Below are positions 1 to 13,900 of a stretch of 64,000 nucleotides of DNA, in pieces. Location of the stretch: assembly GCA_905178155.1 (NCBI GenBank), contig CAJINV010000006.1, positions 2,173,700 through 2,237,699 on the forward strand, in the 5' to 3' direction. This stretch comes from Amoebophrya sp. A120. Its lineage: Eukaryota; Protista; Dinoflagellata. The notes below the pieces were generated by a model. The model was not told the origin of the DNA. It worked only from the letters and a program-made list of their open reading frames with translations, and ran no database searches. The position numbers were made by a program, and so were the translations under genes. How positions within the stretch are numbered: position 1 is the stretch's first letter; each line of letters opens with the position of its first letter.

Positions 1-337
1 GTTGTGCGATGGGCATTGCGCGATGGACATTGGACGGCGGACAGTGGGCGACTGGGCGATGGACATTGGGCGATGGGCGAACTCCCAGAAGCTTGTGAAA
101 GTTTGGAAATTACAAAAAAAGTTTCGACGTGGGCGGTTTTCTTTCCCGTCGCAAAGTTTTAACTTGCGCAGCTCAGCAATAGGAGTTATAAAAGCGCAGT
201 GGCAGTTTCTCATGCGGACTGCGCATGACATAGTGTTCGGCAAACTTGTCATGCTTGAATGCATCGGAAAATATTTCAGTCATCCACAGTTCAGCATCAC
301 AAGTTTATTCCAGACCCAGACATATTTGCAATGCCTA

Positions 338-2328
338 CATCTGCTCAAAGTACGACTTCGTCGCGTTCGCGAACGGGTCGACCAGATGGATCTCGAACAA
401 CTTGTCATGCGACTTTTCAGCATGAGAGGAGGAGGGGGCGCCGTCATCTTTGTCATGCTGGTCGTGCCCATCAGGAGCAATAGCTGCAAACACCTCGTTC
501 AACATATGCCAAACCGCAGCGGCGTTGTCCCCGTCCATGATGCCTATTTCTAGGTAGCGGAAAGGCCGACGGGTACTGGGGCTCGTTGTCGTGGTACTAG
601 AACGAGGACTTCTCTGTCCTTGACTTTGTACTATTGCAGGTTCTGCACGACGAGCACGTTCTTCGTGTTCCAGGATTTTGCGCCTGAGCAGATTCGGAAT
701 GATTTCGTTCCGGTGGACACCAAGGTCGGAGTGGAAGTGGACTTCGTACTGCTGCTGTTGCTCCTCCACGACGACCTGCGGGTGGTCGCCCGCTTCTACT
801 TGTCCACCAGGAGGTAATATCGTTGATGTAGCACTTCTTCTACTACGACCAGCTACAGCTTTACTTGCCTCTTTATTCACACCATCTCCAACCCTGTCGT
901 GGTCTTCATCCTGCTTCTCGTGCTTCTTATCAAGAAAGTGTAACTGCACCACGTGCAGGCGGGCTAGGCCAATTTGGGAAATTTCTGCTATGCGTTTCAT
1001 TGCCGCCTGAACCGATTCGGTGGGGTGGACGCAAAAATGTAAGGCATCATGGTCGTCTTGGGATATTGGCGAAGATTTGTAGTTGGCGCGGTCAGAGTTC
1101 TTGTTGAGGATGGCCTCCTCGTGGGGAACAAGTCCGGTGTGCCGCGAGATTTCCGCCAATAAGGGGTCTAAGACGCCCTCGGTAAACTCCCGGAGGAATA
1201 AAGTCCGCACCGCTTCCTCGAAGTAAGCGGCTCGGTTTCTTCTTGCGGAGGACTCATCTTCTTCGCTGGCGGTCGCTGCAAACTGGCTATCAATAGGCAA
1301 ATGCCAGACTGTAGGTGTAGTGCGATGCAGCCACAGCTCTACGTTATGATTTTCATCTTCCGGGGACCGGGACCACTTCTCCTCGAGCGGACCGTTGCTC
1401 TGTTGGTCCGGCTGGTGTTCTTGTTCCTCATCCCGAGTAGAGGAATCTCCGGAATCTTCGCCTTCTCGTGCAGTTGTTATCTCTAGTTCCTCCAGCGCTT
1501 TTCGCAACAGAAGTTTCAAATCCGTCACGACCTCTAGTAACTTCGACGTGTCACAAGTACAAGAAGAGGAGGACCGGCCTACAACTTGTTGCGCAGGCAG
1601 AGCGCTTGTTCGCTGGAGTGGGGCATCAACGTCATCTACTTCAGGACCAGTTGTAACTACATCCCCGTTCTTCGTCGTGCAAGCCTCAAAAGACCCGTGG
1701 TAATACCGCAGATTCAGTTCGGACACGACATCCGTATAAAATGCAATAGTATCGTACTCGTAGTCCTACTAATTGGGTTTATGCATGACAGGTCTTTTTC
1801 TTGAGGCAAATTCGCATCACAAATCCAATTTGTAATGCTAAGTCAATTTGTAATGCAATTTATACTAGCACGATACTTTTGCAATTCATAATCCGCTACA
1901 AACAGCAGTTTTTCCGAAAACGCCGCGCCATTTTCCGCTTGCAGCAGGCGGGGGCTGGTGAAACTTTTTTCCCAGTACTTCCGCGCGTCAGAATAGACCC
2001 AGTCGCGGGAGCGGAGGGCGGTGGTTTTTGCGTTATTTGCAAATCTCCCGGATATGCTCCTCTTGCTTCCGCGCGTTATTTGCGGCGGCGACACTACGCT
2101 GCCTCCCTGGCTTTCCTGTTCGGCTCGACAGGCCACAACTGCCGTAAACCAACTGAAAGATGAGAGGAACAGTGTCAGCACTGTGTGAAGCAGGAGGACG
2201 ACGAGAGCTTTATTTCGAAAACGTCGTGACTGACAATGATTCGGCGCGGCAGTTCCTTGTGACGAGCAGTGTTGATTGACGGAAATACGAGCAACATGAT
2301 TTTTTTGGAGCCTGGTTTGGGTGATCAT
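338..2328 (-). CDS. Class I SAM-dependent methyltransferase-like protein with N-terminal hydrophobic segment (multi-exon; 3' end not traceable past a partial introner ending at 337)
   Basis: ORFs 1843..2355 and 335..1726 join in frame (..LFVAD|VVSELNLRY..) when 1735-1890 plus one ATCCG is removed. C-terminal RYLEIGIMDG..FEIHLVDPF resembles methyltransferase motifs I/II. Start Met uncertain. Confidence 0.6.
1735..1890. mobile_element. Introner family A (156 bp)
   Basis: TATAAAATGCAATAGTATCG...CGATACTTTTGCAATTCATA; perfect 5-bp DR ATCCG; removal restores ORF. Confidence 0.9.
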
Positions 2329-2800
2329 ACTTAGTACTGTTGTATGACCACCCAAACCAGGCTTTGGATGAGATCAGAGTTACAATTGCACGCTAATAGG
2401 ATAGCGGGTGGGAGGTGGTGGGGCGTACTCGGGGCTGTAAGAGCTCCGGCGAGTGTTTTCATGGATAGGTGGGATCGAGAATAAACATAAAGTGACGTCG
2501 AAGGAGCCAGGATCTACAGGGCTAACACCTGGTTCTGTGCTGGAACGAACAGGAATAGGATGGCGAGCAGCATACTTCATCCCACGAAGCGTGCTGGAAA
2601 GTGCTTCATCCGATGCTATCTACTAGTTCAGCAGAGAACATTCTTCATCATCGTTGTACTTTTTTGCACTTGTCCTCTATCAATAAAGAGTTGAAGTTTC
2701 ATTTTTGATTTGCTCCAGAAAGACCGGAAGCAAGACAAACATAAACCAACAGTTTCAGTTTTACCCATTACACGACGACTGTGCTCGCCCCCTAGCACAA

Positions 2801-5800
2801 CTAGGATCCCCTCAACTGCCTTATCAACGCCGCTTGCCGCTCCACTTGCTCCAACAGTTTCGCTTTTTCCGGGTCAAAAGAACAACTCAGCAGTCCGTCC
2901 TTGTCCTTTTCCTTATCTGCTGCTTTGGATGTCCGGCTCGCCTTTGCTCCATCGGTTTTCTGTTTCAGTTCGTCAATCAAAACATCATCCCGCTCGGACT
3001 TCTCCATCAGCTTCTCTAAATGCTGCTTCAAAGTCGACTATCCACATCAAATTTCCCGGTTACTACACATAGGACACGTGCAAATTTTCACGCAGGTTCT
3101 GCATGTTCGCAAAACTTTCGTTTCCTTCAATCCTTCAGCATGACAAGTGGTATGCTATGATACGTTGGCAAAATTTGTGATGCATAATTTTGTAGGTGTT
3201 GTATTGGAAATTTGTGTTGCATATCGACACCTGCTTCTCCAACGTCGAAACCCGGCTTTGGCCCGCTTGTTTCTGCTATCAAATGCAAATATGTCTGGGT
3301 GTGGGAGACTCTGAGACTTGTCGTGCACGTTTTGCATGAGCCATGATGTCTGTAATGCATGCCCTAGCATCACAGATTTTTTGAGGGCTTCTTGATGCTT
3401 AATCCGCATGACAAATGACCTCTCCGCGTAACAAAAATTACATTCCCTCTGCTGCTCATGCAATACAGATTTTTTTGGAATCCAAACGCAGCATCACAAG
3501 TTGTATCCTTCCAGACCCAGACATATTTGCATGTGATATCTGCTGTTTCAGCTGCTTGTTCTGCAACAGAAGCTCCGAGTTGTCCTTTTCAAACTGCTAT
3601 GCAGTGCAAAAGTATCGCACTCGTACCTACTAATTGCAGCCACGCGTGACAAATCTCCTTTCCAAGGTAAAACAGCATGACAAATTCAATTTATCATGCT
3701 GAGATGAAAACTTGTAATGCAATTCATACTAGTACGGTATTAGTATTTTTGCAATGCATAACTGGCGGAGTCTCTGCCGCTTCTCGTCGGCTAATTTTTC
3801 GATCTTGTTCGTCACTTTTGTCTTCGAGGATGGGGGCTGCGCTGTATCCACAGTAAATTTCCCGTACACGTACAAATGCGGCCTCTGCATGACAACGCTT
3901 GACTTCGATCCTAGTTTAGCATGACAAGTTTTCCGCTCCAAATTGGTCGAACTTGTGATGCATCTTGTACATGTACGGGAAATTTGTGTTGCATATGCTG
4001 CTGGACCTGGGCCCACTGAATGCTCCCGCCCCTCTACTAGATGACTATTCCCGAGATGAAGTAGTTGTTGTGCCGCGCCGTGGTCCCCGGATAGTCTTGC
4101 CTCTTCCGGGACTATTTGTGCTGGTGGGGGGTCGACGAAGCTCGAAGAACTGTTCTGCAACTGGAGGCTCCTGTTTTCACTCTGCAACTGTTTTACTTCC
4201 TGTCTCAAATCGCTGATTTTCCTCTCCAATTCAGGTCGTGGGAGAGTTTTATTCACGCCAGCACTGGTTTGTTGTACCAAGATCCCTGTCGCCGCTGTTG
4301 TGCATCCTCGCACCAATTCGTCCACTCTCTCTTTATCGTTCCCGAATTCCCACAGCAACACCTTCTTCAACGTCGCGGCCAGCTGTTTCAGGTCCGACAG
4401 CTCCCGTCTATCAAATGCAAAAGTGTCTGGGTCTGGAAACCTGTGATGCTGCGTTGGGAAGAGGGAATGCTCTGTAATGCACAGCCAAGCATGAGAAATA
4501 TCTGCGCTTCTTTGTGTTGCGTTTTTCGCATGACAAACTGCGTTTTTGCATGACAGGCAAAAGGGTCTCTTCTTGGACACGCATCACAAACTTTTTGGTC
4601 ATCCTCGACAAGCATGACAAATCTGGCAGTCTACTTCCAGACCCGGACATTTTTGCATTTCATACCGTCTCGTTTCCTGCAATTGGTTGCTCGCCTGCAG
4701 AAACTTCGGGCGGAAGTCTTGGTTTGCAAGTTGCTGCTCGATGGTGAGTTGCTGGTTTTGCTGGGTCGCGTTGTAAAGATTACAACTTGAAGATGGGTTG
4801 CTGTTCGCCCCTCCAGGTGGCTGTTGTTTCATCACCTGCTGGTGATCCTTATGCCGTAGTTTCTCCAGTGCTTCAATTTTGGTTTTCTGCGACTCGATAG
4901 TGACTTGCTGTCTTCTGGATTTTTGGGCCATTTGGTACAGCTTTTTCTTCAAAATCTCCTCCAATGGGGCGTTCAGATCGTTTTCATCCATCTTTCCCCC
5001 TGCATCTTGCCCGAGGATCAATTTCGTGTCCTCCTTCAGCATTTCGCATTCTCGGGACTTGATTCCGAGCTGCCGCTGTAGCTGCAGGTTTTGTTTTTTC
5101 AGGGCCGATATCCTGTGCAAAAGTATCGTACTCGTAGTAGTCGCATTTATGCATCTTTTTTTCTAGGTAAATCAGCATGAAAAATTTCATTTGTCATGCT
5201 GAGCAAATTTGTAAATGCGATTACTACTAGTACGATGCTTTTGCAGTTCATAGCCGATTTTGAAGAAGGTTTATTTGAATTCCGCTTCGGAATGAACGTC
5301 GTCCCGTTGGGCGAAAGTTCGCCATCTTCTTCGTTGTCTTCGCTGTTTGTGTCTTCGTCTCCGCTGTCACTCTGATTTGTGCTGTTGCTTGCGATGATTT
5401 GAACGGTCTTACTCGGCGGTTTGTTATGGCTTTGTACAGCATGTACCGGGCCGGCGTTTGTCACGATGGGAATCCCGCCTCCTGTTGCAGCAGGAACTGG
5501 TGGCCCACCTTGGACCGCTGCTGGCTTCGGTTTAGGCTTCGGCTTACTTGCTGTAGTCGTCACAATCGACTTCGGTTTCACCGGGCCGCAGGTTGAAGCA
5601 CTGGAAGTAGTACGCTTGGTCGTCTTTACTTTCGCATCAACAGCCTCGTCGTCCGAGTCGTCGTCAAAGTTGGCGCTGTTTTGGCCAGGTTGACCTCCCC
5701 CCAAGTGCTTCTTCTCGAACGCAGCGATACCGAGGTTGTTGCTTTCCGCCGCGTCTTGACCTGCGGTTAACTCGTCGTAGTCTTCGTATTGCTCCTCTAC

Positions 5801-5809
5801 GGCGGCCAT
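2801..5809 (-). CDS. Uncharacterised coiled-coil protein, 7 exons separated by 6 introners
   Basis: MAAVEEQYEDY.. start; spliced frame reads e.g. KDNSELLLQNKQLKQQ|KQAGQSRVSTLEKQVS; ends ..LIRQLRGS*. Confidence 0.75.
3039..3223. mobile_element. Introner family D (diverged)
   Basis: TATCCACATCAAATTTCCC...GGAAATTTGTGTTGCATA; DR TCGAC. Confidence 0.85.
3277..3538. mobile_element. Introner family B
   Basis: TATCAAATGCAAATATGTCTGGGT...ACCCAGACATATTTGCATGTGATA; DR TCTGC; removal restores ORF. Confidence 0.92.
3598..3760. mobile_element. Introner family A
   Basis: TATGCAGTGCAAAAGTATCG...TTTTGCAATGCATA; DR ACTGC/ACTGG. Confidence 0.85.
3845..3995. mobile_element. Introner family D (151 bp)
   Basis: TATCCACAGTAAATTTCCCGTACACGTAC...GTACATGTACGGGAAATTTGTGTTGCATA; DR CGCTG/TGCTG; very similar to 12687-12837. 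Confidence 0.9.
4409..4664. mobile_element. Introner family B
   Basis: TATCAAATGCAAAAGTGTCTGGGTCTGGAA TIR; DR CCGTC; close copy at 26276-26539. Confidence 0.9.
5109..5252. mobile_element. Introner family A
   Basis: TATCCTGTGCAAAAGTATCGTACT...AGTACGATGCTTTTGCAGTTCATA; DR GCCGA. Confidence 0.9.
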
Positions 5810-6497
5810 CTTGGTAGTAGTCTTGGTCCACCTGTAGAGCAAGGACTTACTTACTTTTGCCTCAACACGGCACGCTTGCAAGAAACGCAAACGCTTCAAA
5901 CATTCCAGTTCTACTGAAGCAAAGAACGTCGCAAAATATCCCAAGCTTTCTCTGCCCGTCTAATGAGCGACTGAATTTTTCTAGAAAACCTCATGAAGTT
6001 TGGAGGTCTTGTGCAACATAGTGGTCTTCGTTTTTGTGGTATGCAATTCTCACTCCTGCTGCTTGTCTTTGTTCCACTCGATTTGCCAGCTCTCAGTTTC
6101 AGATGGATGAAAGTGCATTGTCCTTTTTGCTTTTTGTTTCACTCATCACTCCCAACGTTTTCTTTTTTTTCTCGTTCTGCTTGCAACGTGCAGAAACATC
6201 ACAAAAACCACGGCGCTCTTTTTCAAACATCGAACTTCATTCGTTGCCAAGCGCGCTCGCGAAACACGCCGAACAAATCAGCAGGAAAATTTCTTTGCCG
6301 CGGGGCATTTTACAGCCTGAATCCCAATTCATTTTTCGGGGGGCGACAGCGAGAATAATGTCGAGGTTTTTTTACTTTGACTTTGTTCATTCTGATTGTC
6401 ACTTCGATTATTACATTTTGGATATCAAGGTGCTGAGATGTAGCAGCATGGTGCATTCGCGCTTGTAATTCTATCACACCCGATTCCGACGTCCTCT

Positions 6498-9400
6498 TCA
6501 CTCGTACGGCAAGGTCGTTCCGAAGTAGAAGTGTTGAATCACGGGGAATTTTTCCAACACTTCTCCCACGTACATTTTTATCAACCCTAGGTACAATCTG
6601 TCCCAACTCGGAACCGTGTGCAAAATGTCGTTCAGCTGCGGGCTGGTTTCGTGAAACGGCGCGCCCCGCTTCGTGTCCAAGATGTTCCGGACCGCGGCGA
6701 CGAAGAGGTACGCGTGGTGCTGGGACGCCTGCGCCGCCTGCAAGACCATGTCTGGTTGAAGTAGCTGCTGTTGTTGCTGCTGAAGCTGTAGTGCTGTTCC
6801 CGCTTGGTTTGATATTGATGTTAGTGCTCCTACGCCCGCTGCTTGTTGCTGTCCTCTACTTCCTGCTAATGCACCGCCACCGCCCGGCTCGGCAATGTTG
6901 ATCTGGTTCACATTTGTCCTCACATTGTGCCTATCAAATGTAAAAGTGTCTGGGTCTGGAAGAATGTATGTTTGTCATGCTTGTCTGGCATGACTCTTAA
7001 ATCTGTCATGCACGTTACCCAAGAACTCCATTTTTCTGTGATGCAGAAACGCAGTTTGTCATGCAGAATAGGCAACACCTAGAAGCTCAAAAACTTGTCA
7101 TGCTGAGCCAGCACTTGTGGCCTCATCATGAGACGCCACCCAGCATCACAAGTTCTTTCCAGGCCCAGACATTTTTACAGTTCATAGTGCCGTCCATTCG
7201 TACTCCCGCCCGCCCCCGCCATGTCCATATCATCGTCGGCGTTATTGGTATCAACTGTAAATAAAATGTCTGGGTCTGGAAGAATCCAACTAGTCATGCA
7301 GATTTTGGATTCTAAAAAAATCTGAATTGCATGAGCAGCAAAGAGAGTCCAAGTTTTGCTACACGGAAAGAGCATTTGTCATGCGGTATAGGCATCAGGA
7401 AGCCCTCACAAAGTCTGTGATTCTAGGGCATGCATCACAGACATCAGGAGTCATGTAAAATATGCATGACAAGCCTGGCAATCTTCCAGACCCAGACATT
7501 TTTACATTTGATAATTGGCCGCGGCAAACAAACTCGCCTGCTTTCGCAGTTGGCTGGCACCGAAGATGTACACAACGTGGTGGAAGTCATCGAGGCCCCA
7601 GACACCGTGGGACCCCGCAGGTTCAAGGACGTAATGGGACTGGAGCTTGCGCATCAGGGTCATGTAGCTGTTTTGATAAAACAGATGAAAATAATAAACG
7701 TTGATGAAGCACTTAGTACACATCGCCGTCGTACACACAGACCAGACAAGATCAAATGAAGCCGAAATATGTATTCAAACAAGAAAGCAAAAACCGTAAA
7801 TCTTAATCTTCTTCTCTATACGCGGTAAACGCCGCCAGCACGAATTCCCCCCGTTCCGCCTGCGTAAAATAGCCGTACCCCTTTTCCAGACAGTACAAGC
7901 AGCAGATAAAGTTCAGCTCGTGCCCCGTGCCATAGTCGATTCTCGTTTTGTCGCCGAAAGAGTTGATCAAATAGCAGGAAAATTCCTGCCACGCGTTCCC
8001 GAACTTGTCCACGGGCAAAAGTCTCTCCCGCACCAGCTGCTCGCATTTCTCCTCGACTTGGGCTATACATTGCAAAAATGTCTGGGTCTGGATCTGGAAG
8101 ATTGCTGAGGCTTGTGATGCTGTGTCTGCTTGACACAGAAGGTGTGCCATGCAGGGCATAGCATCACAGGTTTTGAGACAGTTTCCCAATGCTTAATCCG
8201 CACGACAAACGAAAACACCTTCTTTCGGCGACAGGAAGAGGAGCTCCCTTTGCTGTCTAAGCATGACAGATTTTTGTGTGATCCAAGAATGCATCACAAG
8301 TTCGCATCCCTCCAGACCCAGACATAATTTTTGCATTTGATATGGGCAAACCACGTGCGGAACGTGCTGTTTCCAAACCGCATGTCCGTCCGCGGCTCCA
8401 GCGGGATTTCGTATCGTGAGTAAAAACGTCCCCACGCCAGAGTTGTAATGCAAATCTGCATGCTGAGAATGTTTCTCATGCGGAGACCCATGAGAAGCAG
8501 TCTCTAGTCGTGTTGTGGGATTTGTGATGCTAGAATCAGCACGATATGCTAGATCTGTGATGCTGCTGAACAAGCTAAACAGGATTACACTGCGAGGCCA
8601 AACTTGTCATGCGCAAGCAACAGCAAAAGCTGACAGATTTGTCTAGCAGATTTCCCAGCTTGACTCTGGTGTGGGGACGTTTTTACTCAGGATATTTCGT
8701 CCACGAGGTTCATGAATTGCTTCAAAATCGCGGCTATGCATTGCAAAAGTATCGCACGAGTATAATTAAAAAAGCATTACAAATTTCAATTTCTCCAAAA
8801 GTAGGAAAAAAGAAATTTGTGATGCTGACTCTGCAATGGAACGAGATCTGTCATGCAGTACTGCAATTAGTACGAGTACGACTTTTACTTTGCAATGCGT
8901 AGCAGTGAATTTTTCTATTCTCGTCACCAACGGGTAGTCCTCGTTTTCCCGCGCCTGGCCGCTTCCGTCGTATCCTGTGCAAAAGTATCGCGCTCGTAGT
9001 AATTGCATTTATGCATGACAAATCTCTTTCTCAAGGTACATCAGCATGACAAATTAAAGTTGTAATGCTGGGGGAATTTGTACTGCAATTTCTACTAGTA
9101 CGATGCTTTCGCATTGCATACGTCGCCCACGTCGGCGAATTCTCGCTGTCGATCTGCGACCACGTCGTGCGTGGAGTTATCGTCGGAAATTCTCTGTTGG
9201 CGGCGCGGCTGCTGCTGCCCGTTTTGGTTGCCTGCAGCGAGCCCGCCTGGGGTTTGTTTGATAAAGTGCCAGTGGAAATTGTAGTCGGCTTATAACATTT
9301 CTCACAGCTTCTAATTTATCATCACGAAGTTGTACGCTGAAGTTTTACTCTATTCATCACGAGAAACACCACCCAGCCACTAATTTCAGTACCTTGCGGC

Positions 9401-9816
9401 CCCCGAGAAGTTGGAACAACTACACCAGCGACAGCCCCCACAGCATTTACCCCCACTCCCGTGGCGATCGCGTTGCTAATCTCCACGTCGGTGGGCGCGC
9501 GAAAATCCTGCTTGCGTTCCCGGTTCACCGACAGGTCCGACGGGGAGAGCGCGCACTTCGACGGGTCGGTGGAGGACAACCCGCTGCCCAGGCCGAAACC
9601 GGGCAGCGGGCCCCCCGTGGTGGAGCTAGAACTTCCGTACAGCGTGGATTTCATGGGGATGTCACAGGTCTGCAGGTACTCGAGAATCCGTTTTTTTAGC
9701 GTTTTGTTGTTCTGCTTGAAACGTATCTCGAAGTCCTGTCGGTCCTTGATGCGCTTTTGCGGGACCTGGAAGCTGCTCGTGACGCAGCTGGACGAGGAAC
9801 TCGAGGTTGCTACCAT
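6498..9816 (-). CDS. PTPA: Serine/threonine-protein phosphatase 2A activator (PTPA/PPP2R4/Rrd1 family), multi-exon
   Basis: Hallmark motifs [58 protein letters not shown]. Six introners plus a canonical GT-AG intron at 7668-7821. Confidence 0.95.
6932..7186. mobile_element. Introner family B
   Basis: B-type TIR; DR GTGCC. Confidence 0.9.
7249..7513. mobile_element. Introner family B
   Basis: B-type TIR; DR ATTGG; close copy at 49566-49833; opposite orientation to related copy 3277-3538. Confidence 0.9.
8064..8342. mobile_element. Introner family B
   Basis: B-type TIR; DR TGGGC. Confidence 0.88.
8412..8694. mobile_element. Introner family C
   Basis: TATCGTGAGTAAAAACGTCCCCACGCCAGAGT...ACTCTGGTGTGGGGACGTTTTTACTCAGGATA; DR TTTCG. 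Confidence 0.92.
8735..8901. mobile_element. Introner family A (diverged)
   Basis: TATGCATTGCAAAAGTA...TACTTTGCAATGCGTA; DR GCGGC/GCAGT. Confidence 0.75.
8971..9120. mobile_element. Introner family A
   Basis: A-type TIR; DR CGTCG. Confidence 0.9.
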
Positions 9817-10972
9817 TTTTTTGCTACGTGGTTCTTTTTAAAATCTCAATCACCTACCGCTGTTAGAAGTACAACTACTATCGCAGACAGTTTCGCGAAA
9901 TCGGTGACAAAGAAGACCACCCGCGGCGAAAACTAGTAATCGCGGTGAACAAGGTCGTGGTGGCGGTCGTGGTCGATCTCGATCCAACATCAATCGGTTG
10001 GCTTATCTATTTTCTACTTGAGGTCCTGCGTTGCAAATTTCGTTTACTTCATCTAATATTGGAGCCGGAGGGATGAAAAGAAAAGCCGATAAAAACCGCA
10101 CCTACGACAAAAAAATGCGAAGACCACATGATCTTGATCCAGAAAGTTTGCGTGCCGTGTTGTACTTGCTCCTACTTTCAAAAACTTGTACCATTTTGCT
10201 TTTGACAGGCACTGCTACTTTGGTGCGAAGATCTGCTACATCTTAACATAATAGAGCCGCTCTCCCCGCATTTGATTCGCTTTGTTCTTGGAGCCGTTTC
10301 ATCTTGAGAGCAGGAGCGTCGAAAGACCGTTGTTGGGTACTACATGAACACGCGAAATTGATACTCACCTGCCCGAAGATGATAGGTAGCGCTGTACTTC
10401 ATCAGCATGCCCCGCAATGAAGACGCAGTTGCGCGGAAGAAACTTGTTTTGCAGTTCGTTGTACAAGGCTCTCGTCATACCATGGTGTGGTCACGACGAG
10501 CACTACTAGTTTGGTACAAAGTTGTCTCCTTCGCTACAAGTGGTCGCTGGTCAGCGTTTGCAATTTGTTCTCTCTTTCTAGGTCTAGGTGGTTCATCTGC
10601 TATAGACCAAAATCCTGAAGTAAAATCCTATCGCTTGGTTAGAAGCCATCGTTTCATATTGCAACCGAGATCTCTTTCTAATTTCTACCACAAGGGAACT
10701 TGCGCTTCCAGTCTGAGCGCGGCCAGGGCAGTGTCTAGGTCTACACTTCTTAAAAATACGATCGAATAGTTTAGTTAGATTCTACTTTGGTTTTGTTCAC
10801 AATCACAATTAGAAAGTAAGAGTAACAGCATTAGCCTTTTCACGTTTTAGTAATTACACAGACCAGTTCTTTCGATTCCTATTTAATTTGTTGTCCGTTG
10901 TTCCTCGCAACTTACTTGTCCTTTCGTCGATGTCCCGACTTTCTCAATAGAGGAGACCTCCGTTCCACTACG

Positions 10973-13900
10973 TTACTGCGGCAGCGGCGGTATGTTCGAG
11001 GAGTGGGTGAGCATATCGTGGGGAAAAAGTGCTTCACTGTAAGGATTCCGAGTTTGGATTCAGAAGGTTTGCATCGCAAACTTACTCTTGCTGTACTTCG
11101 GCAGGACAAAGCAAATCTCCTATGTGTGCTTCCGAAAACAAAACAAGGCGAAGAATTCTCGGCCGTGCATGTGTAGTGCGATAAAAACTTTTGTGCTGAC
11201 TACGTACACGCGGCATCACAAGTTCAATACAGTGAAACACGTCATCTTTTCATCCCGATAGAACAGGTACTCCGCCAGGTAGTCCACCGGATCCTCTGGC
11301 ATCACCTTGCACACCTCGATCAGTCCCTTCACGACCTGATAGTGTCGTGTGGATTTGTTGTTTCTGCATGACAGGTTCTGCTTTCTCGATTCCTCATACC
11401 ACGCTTACAACAGGTTATTTCTTGCACCAACACAGATTTAAATGCAACACGTTGCCGCGACTTTGACAGAAACACGATAGACAATAGTAAAACAATAAGT
11501 ACCTCCGGCACCACGTGTTCCTGCATGTAGTTCTTCAGCGGCAGGGACAAATTCTGCAATTCCTCCGCCGTCTTTGACTCAATCTCCGGTAATCCTGTCC
11601 AAAAGTACTTCCAATATCGCCTAACTCATACGAATATATTTTTTGCAGACTAGCATGACAGATACAGAAGATCTGGTTTCTTTATTCGAATTCGCATGAA
11701 AAATAACACAAACCTGTCATTTCTCGTCCTGCTTCCGGAAAAGAGCAAACGTAAACCTGTCATGCAACTTTTCTGTGTACTGATGCTGAATGCGATAGTT
11801 GAAAGTACTTTTATTCCAACCTCATACCGCCAATCTGGAGTTTGATTCGGTGTTCTGCATCTTCAACAATTTCTCTTCCTTCTCGTAGATGACACGCTTT
11901 TTTTCTTCCTCCTCCAATCGTTTCCTTTCCTCCTCTTCTAACCGCTTTTTCTCTTCTATCGCTTTCAATTCCTCTTCCGTTATCCCACGAAAAAACTGCT
12001 TCACTGTGATGATTTTGCACGATGTGCATCACAACAAGTTTGTATACGCATGACACTGAAAATCTGTCATGCGCGCTTCCCAAGGGAAGAAAACACGCTT
12101 GAAAATCCAATGTCTTGCAGGTGTAGCAAGACAAATAGCTGCTCTGTGTTCCATTTTCTGCATCACAAGTTCACAGTGAAACAGTTTTTTCGTGCGATAT
12201 CCGTTGGGAAAAAGTTGAAAATCTTGTCGTTCAACACCGATTCGAACGCGATTTTGAACTCGTTCAGCAGCAGCTCGTGTAATCTTTCCGGCGTGGTTTC
12301 ATCCGCCCCAAGAATGTAGTCCAACTCCAATTCGGGCACTCGGTTCGTCTTCGTCGTTGGCAACAGGCCGACTAACTCGATCTCGGTCGCTATGACAGAG
12401 CACAGCTCTCCCTCCCCCTCATTTGTCATGCAAAGTCCCCAATCCAGTGAGTCGCTCGCGCTGCCTTGTATTTGTAGCACTGCTTCTTGCATGACAAAAT
12501 CCGAAAGCCCAAGCAGTACTACATCAGGTACACAAAAAATTTGTCATGCGTAGCCTCCACGTGTACTGGTGTTTGTATTGCTGTTCATGCTATACAAATG
12601 AGGGGGAGGGCGGGTTGCGCAATCTCATAGTCCTGTTCCCGTCCAGAAACTTGTCGGAGGAGAAGAGATGCGATGCGGGAAACTGGTATCCACAGTAAAT
12701 TTCCCGTACACGTACAGAGGCGGTCTCTGCATGAAAAAACTTGGCTTCGATCCTAGTTTAGCATGACAAGTTTTACGCTCCAAATTGGTGAAATTTGTGA
12801 TGCATGTTGTACATGTACGGCAAATTTGTATTGCATAACTGGATGAAGCTCGGTTCTTCGTATTCCGGATACTCCGGCTCTTCTGGCGGCTCAATGGGCT
12901 TCGGCTCCACTTCCTCGCCCGTTTCTTCGCTTTGCTGCTTCGCTTCCAAAATCGCGGCCTGTTCTAACTTATGGATCGCAAAAGCATCGCGATCGCGCGA
13001 CTAGTACAAATTGCATGACAAACTGGCTCAGCATGACAAATTAAGTTTGTAATGCTGAGTTATTGATGCCTCAAAAGGAAACTTCAACTTGTAATGCAGA
13101 CTTGCGATTAGTACGAGTGAGTGCGATACTTTTGCAAGGGATATAACTCCTTGATTTGCGCTGCGTACTGCTCTTTCAGCTCGTTCGTCTTTTGTTGCCA
13201 CTCATCTACGTTAGAGAAAACTGTCCCCACTACCCCGGTTTTCCCCAAATCAAAATTTTTTTTATGAACTGATGCAACAACACGGCCACCGGCCGCGCAG
13301 CCCGCCCGGATAGTGTCCGCTAGTGGATCTTCTTCACGGATACTTTCTGAGGCTGTTACGTATGCAATGGAGCAAGCGGGATAGCGGCGCGCAAAAGTCG
13401 GCGCATGAGCTGACGGGGCAGCAAGCTTTGTGGATGTGTGTAGCTACTTCGGCCCCATCCGCGCGTAGGCTACTGCAACGCGGCCCCGCCACACTGGCCG
13501 CGCCCAACTTCTGAGGCTCCGGCCTCACCGTTTCCCTGGAGGTCGTGCATGCGTACCTTTTCGGGAGGTTTCTGGTGCTCGTTTTGGTGGCCGAAAGTGC
13601 GTAGATAGCTGCTTAGGGCCGAAATCCCCAGCATACGTTTTTTTTCTCGCCAGCGTGTCCGAACATGCACTCAGGGAAACGGTGCCGGCCAGCCTCAAGC
13701 GGAGAAGACAGGTTCGCGGCAAGGGGCATTGCGTTCAGCCTTAGGTGGCCGGGGGGCGGGTCTGGCATGGGCGCCTTGCCCAGGGCGCTGCCTCGCGGGG
13801 CCCGAGCTGCTTGCGCCCCAAAAAGCCGGGCAAGGCGTCCAGTGTCTTTGAGTCCAGCAACACACCTGGGGGAGCGGGTTTCGGTCTGGCCATTCGCGGC

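Noticed and set aside
1-80. Degenerate GCGATGGACATTGG tandem repeat
   Set aside because: Truncated by the window edge; cannot be assigned to an element.
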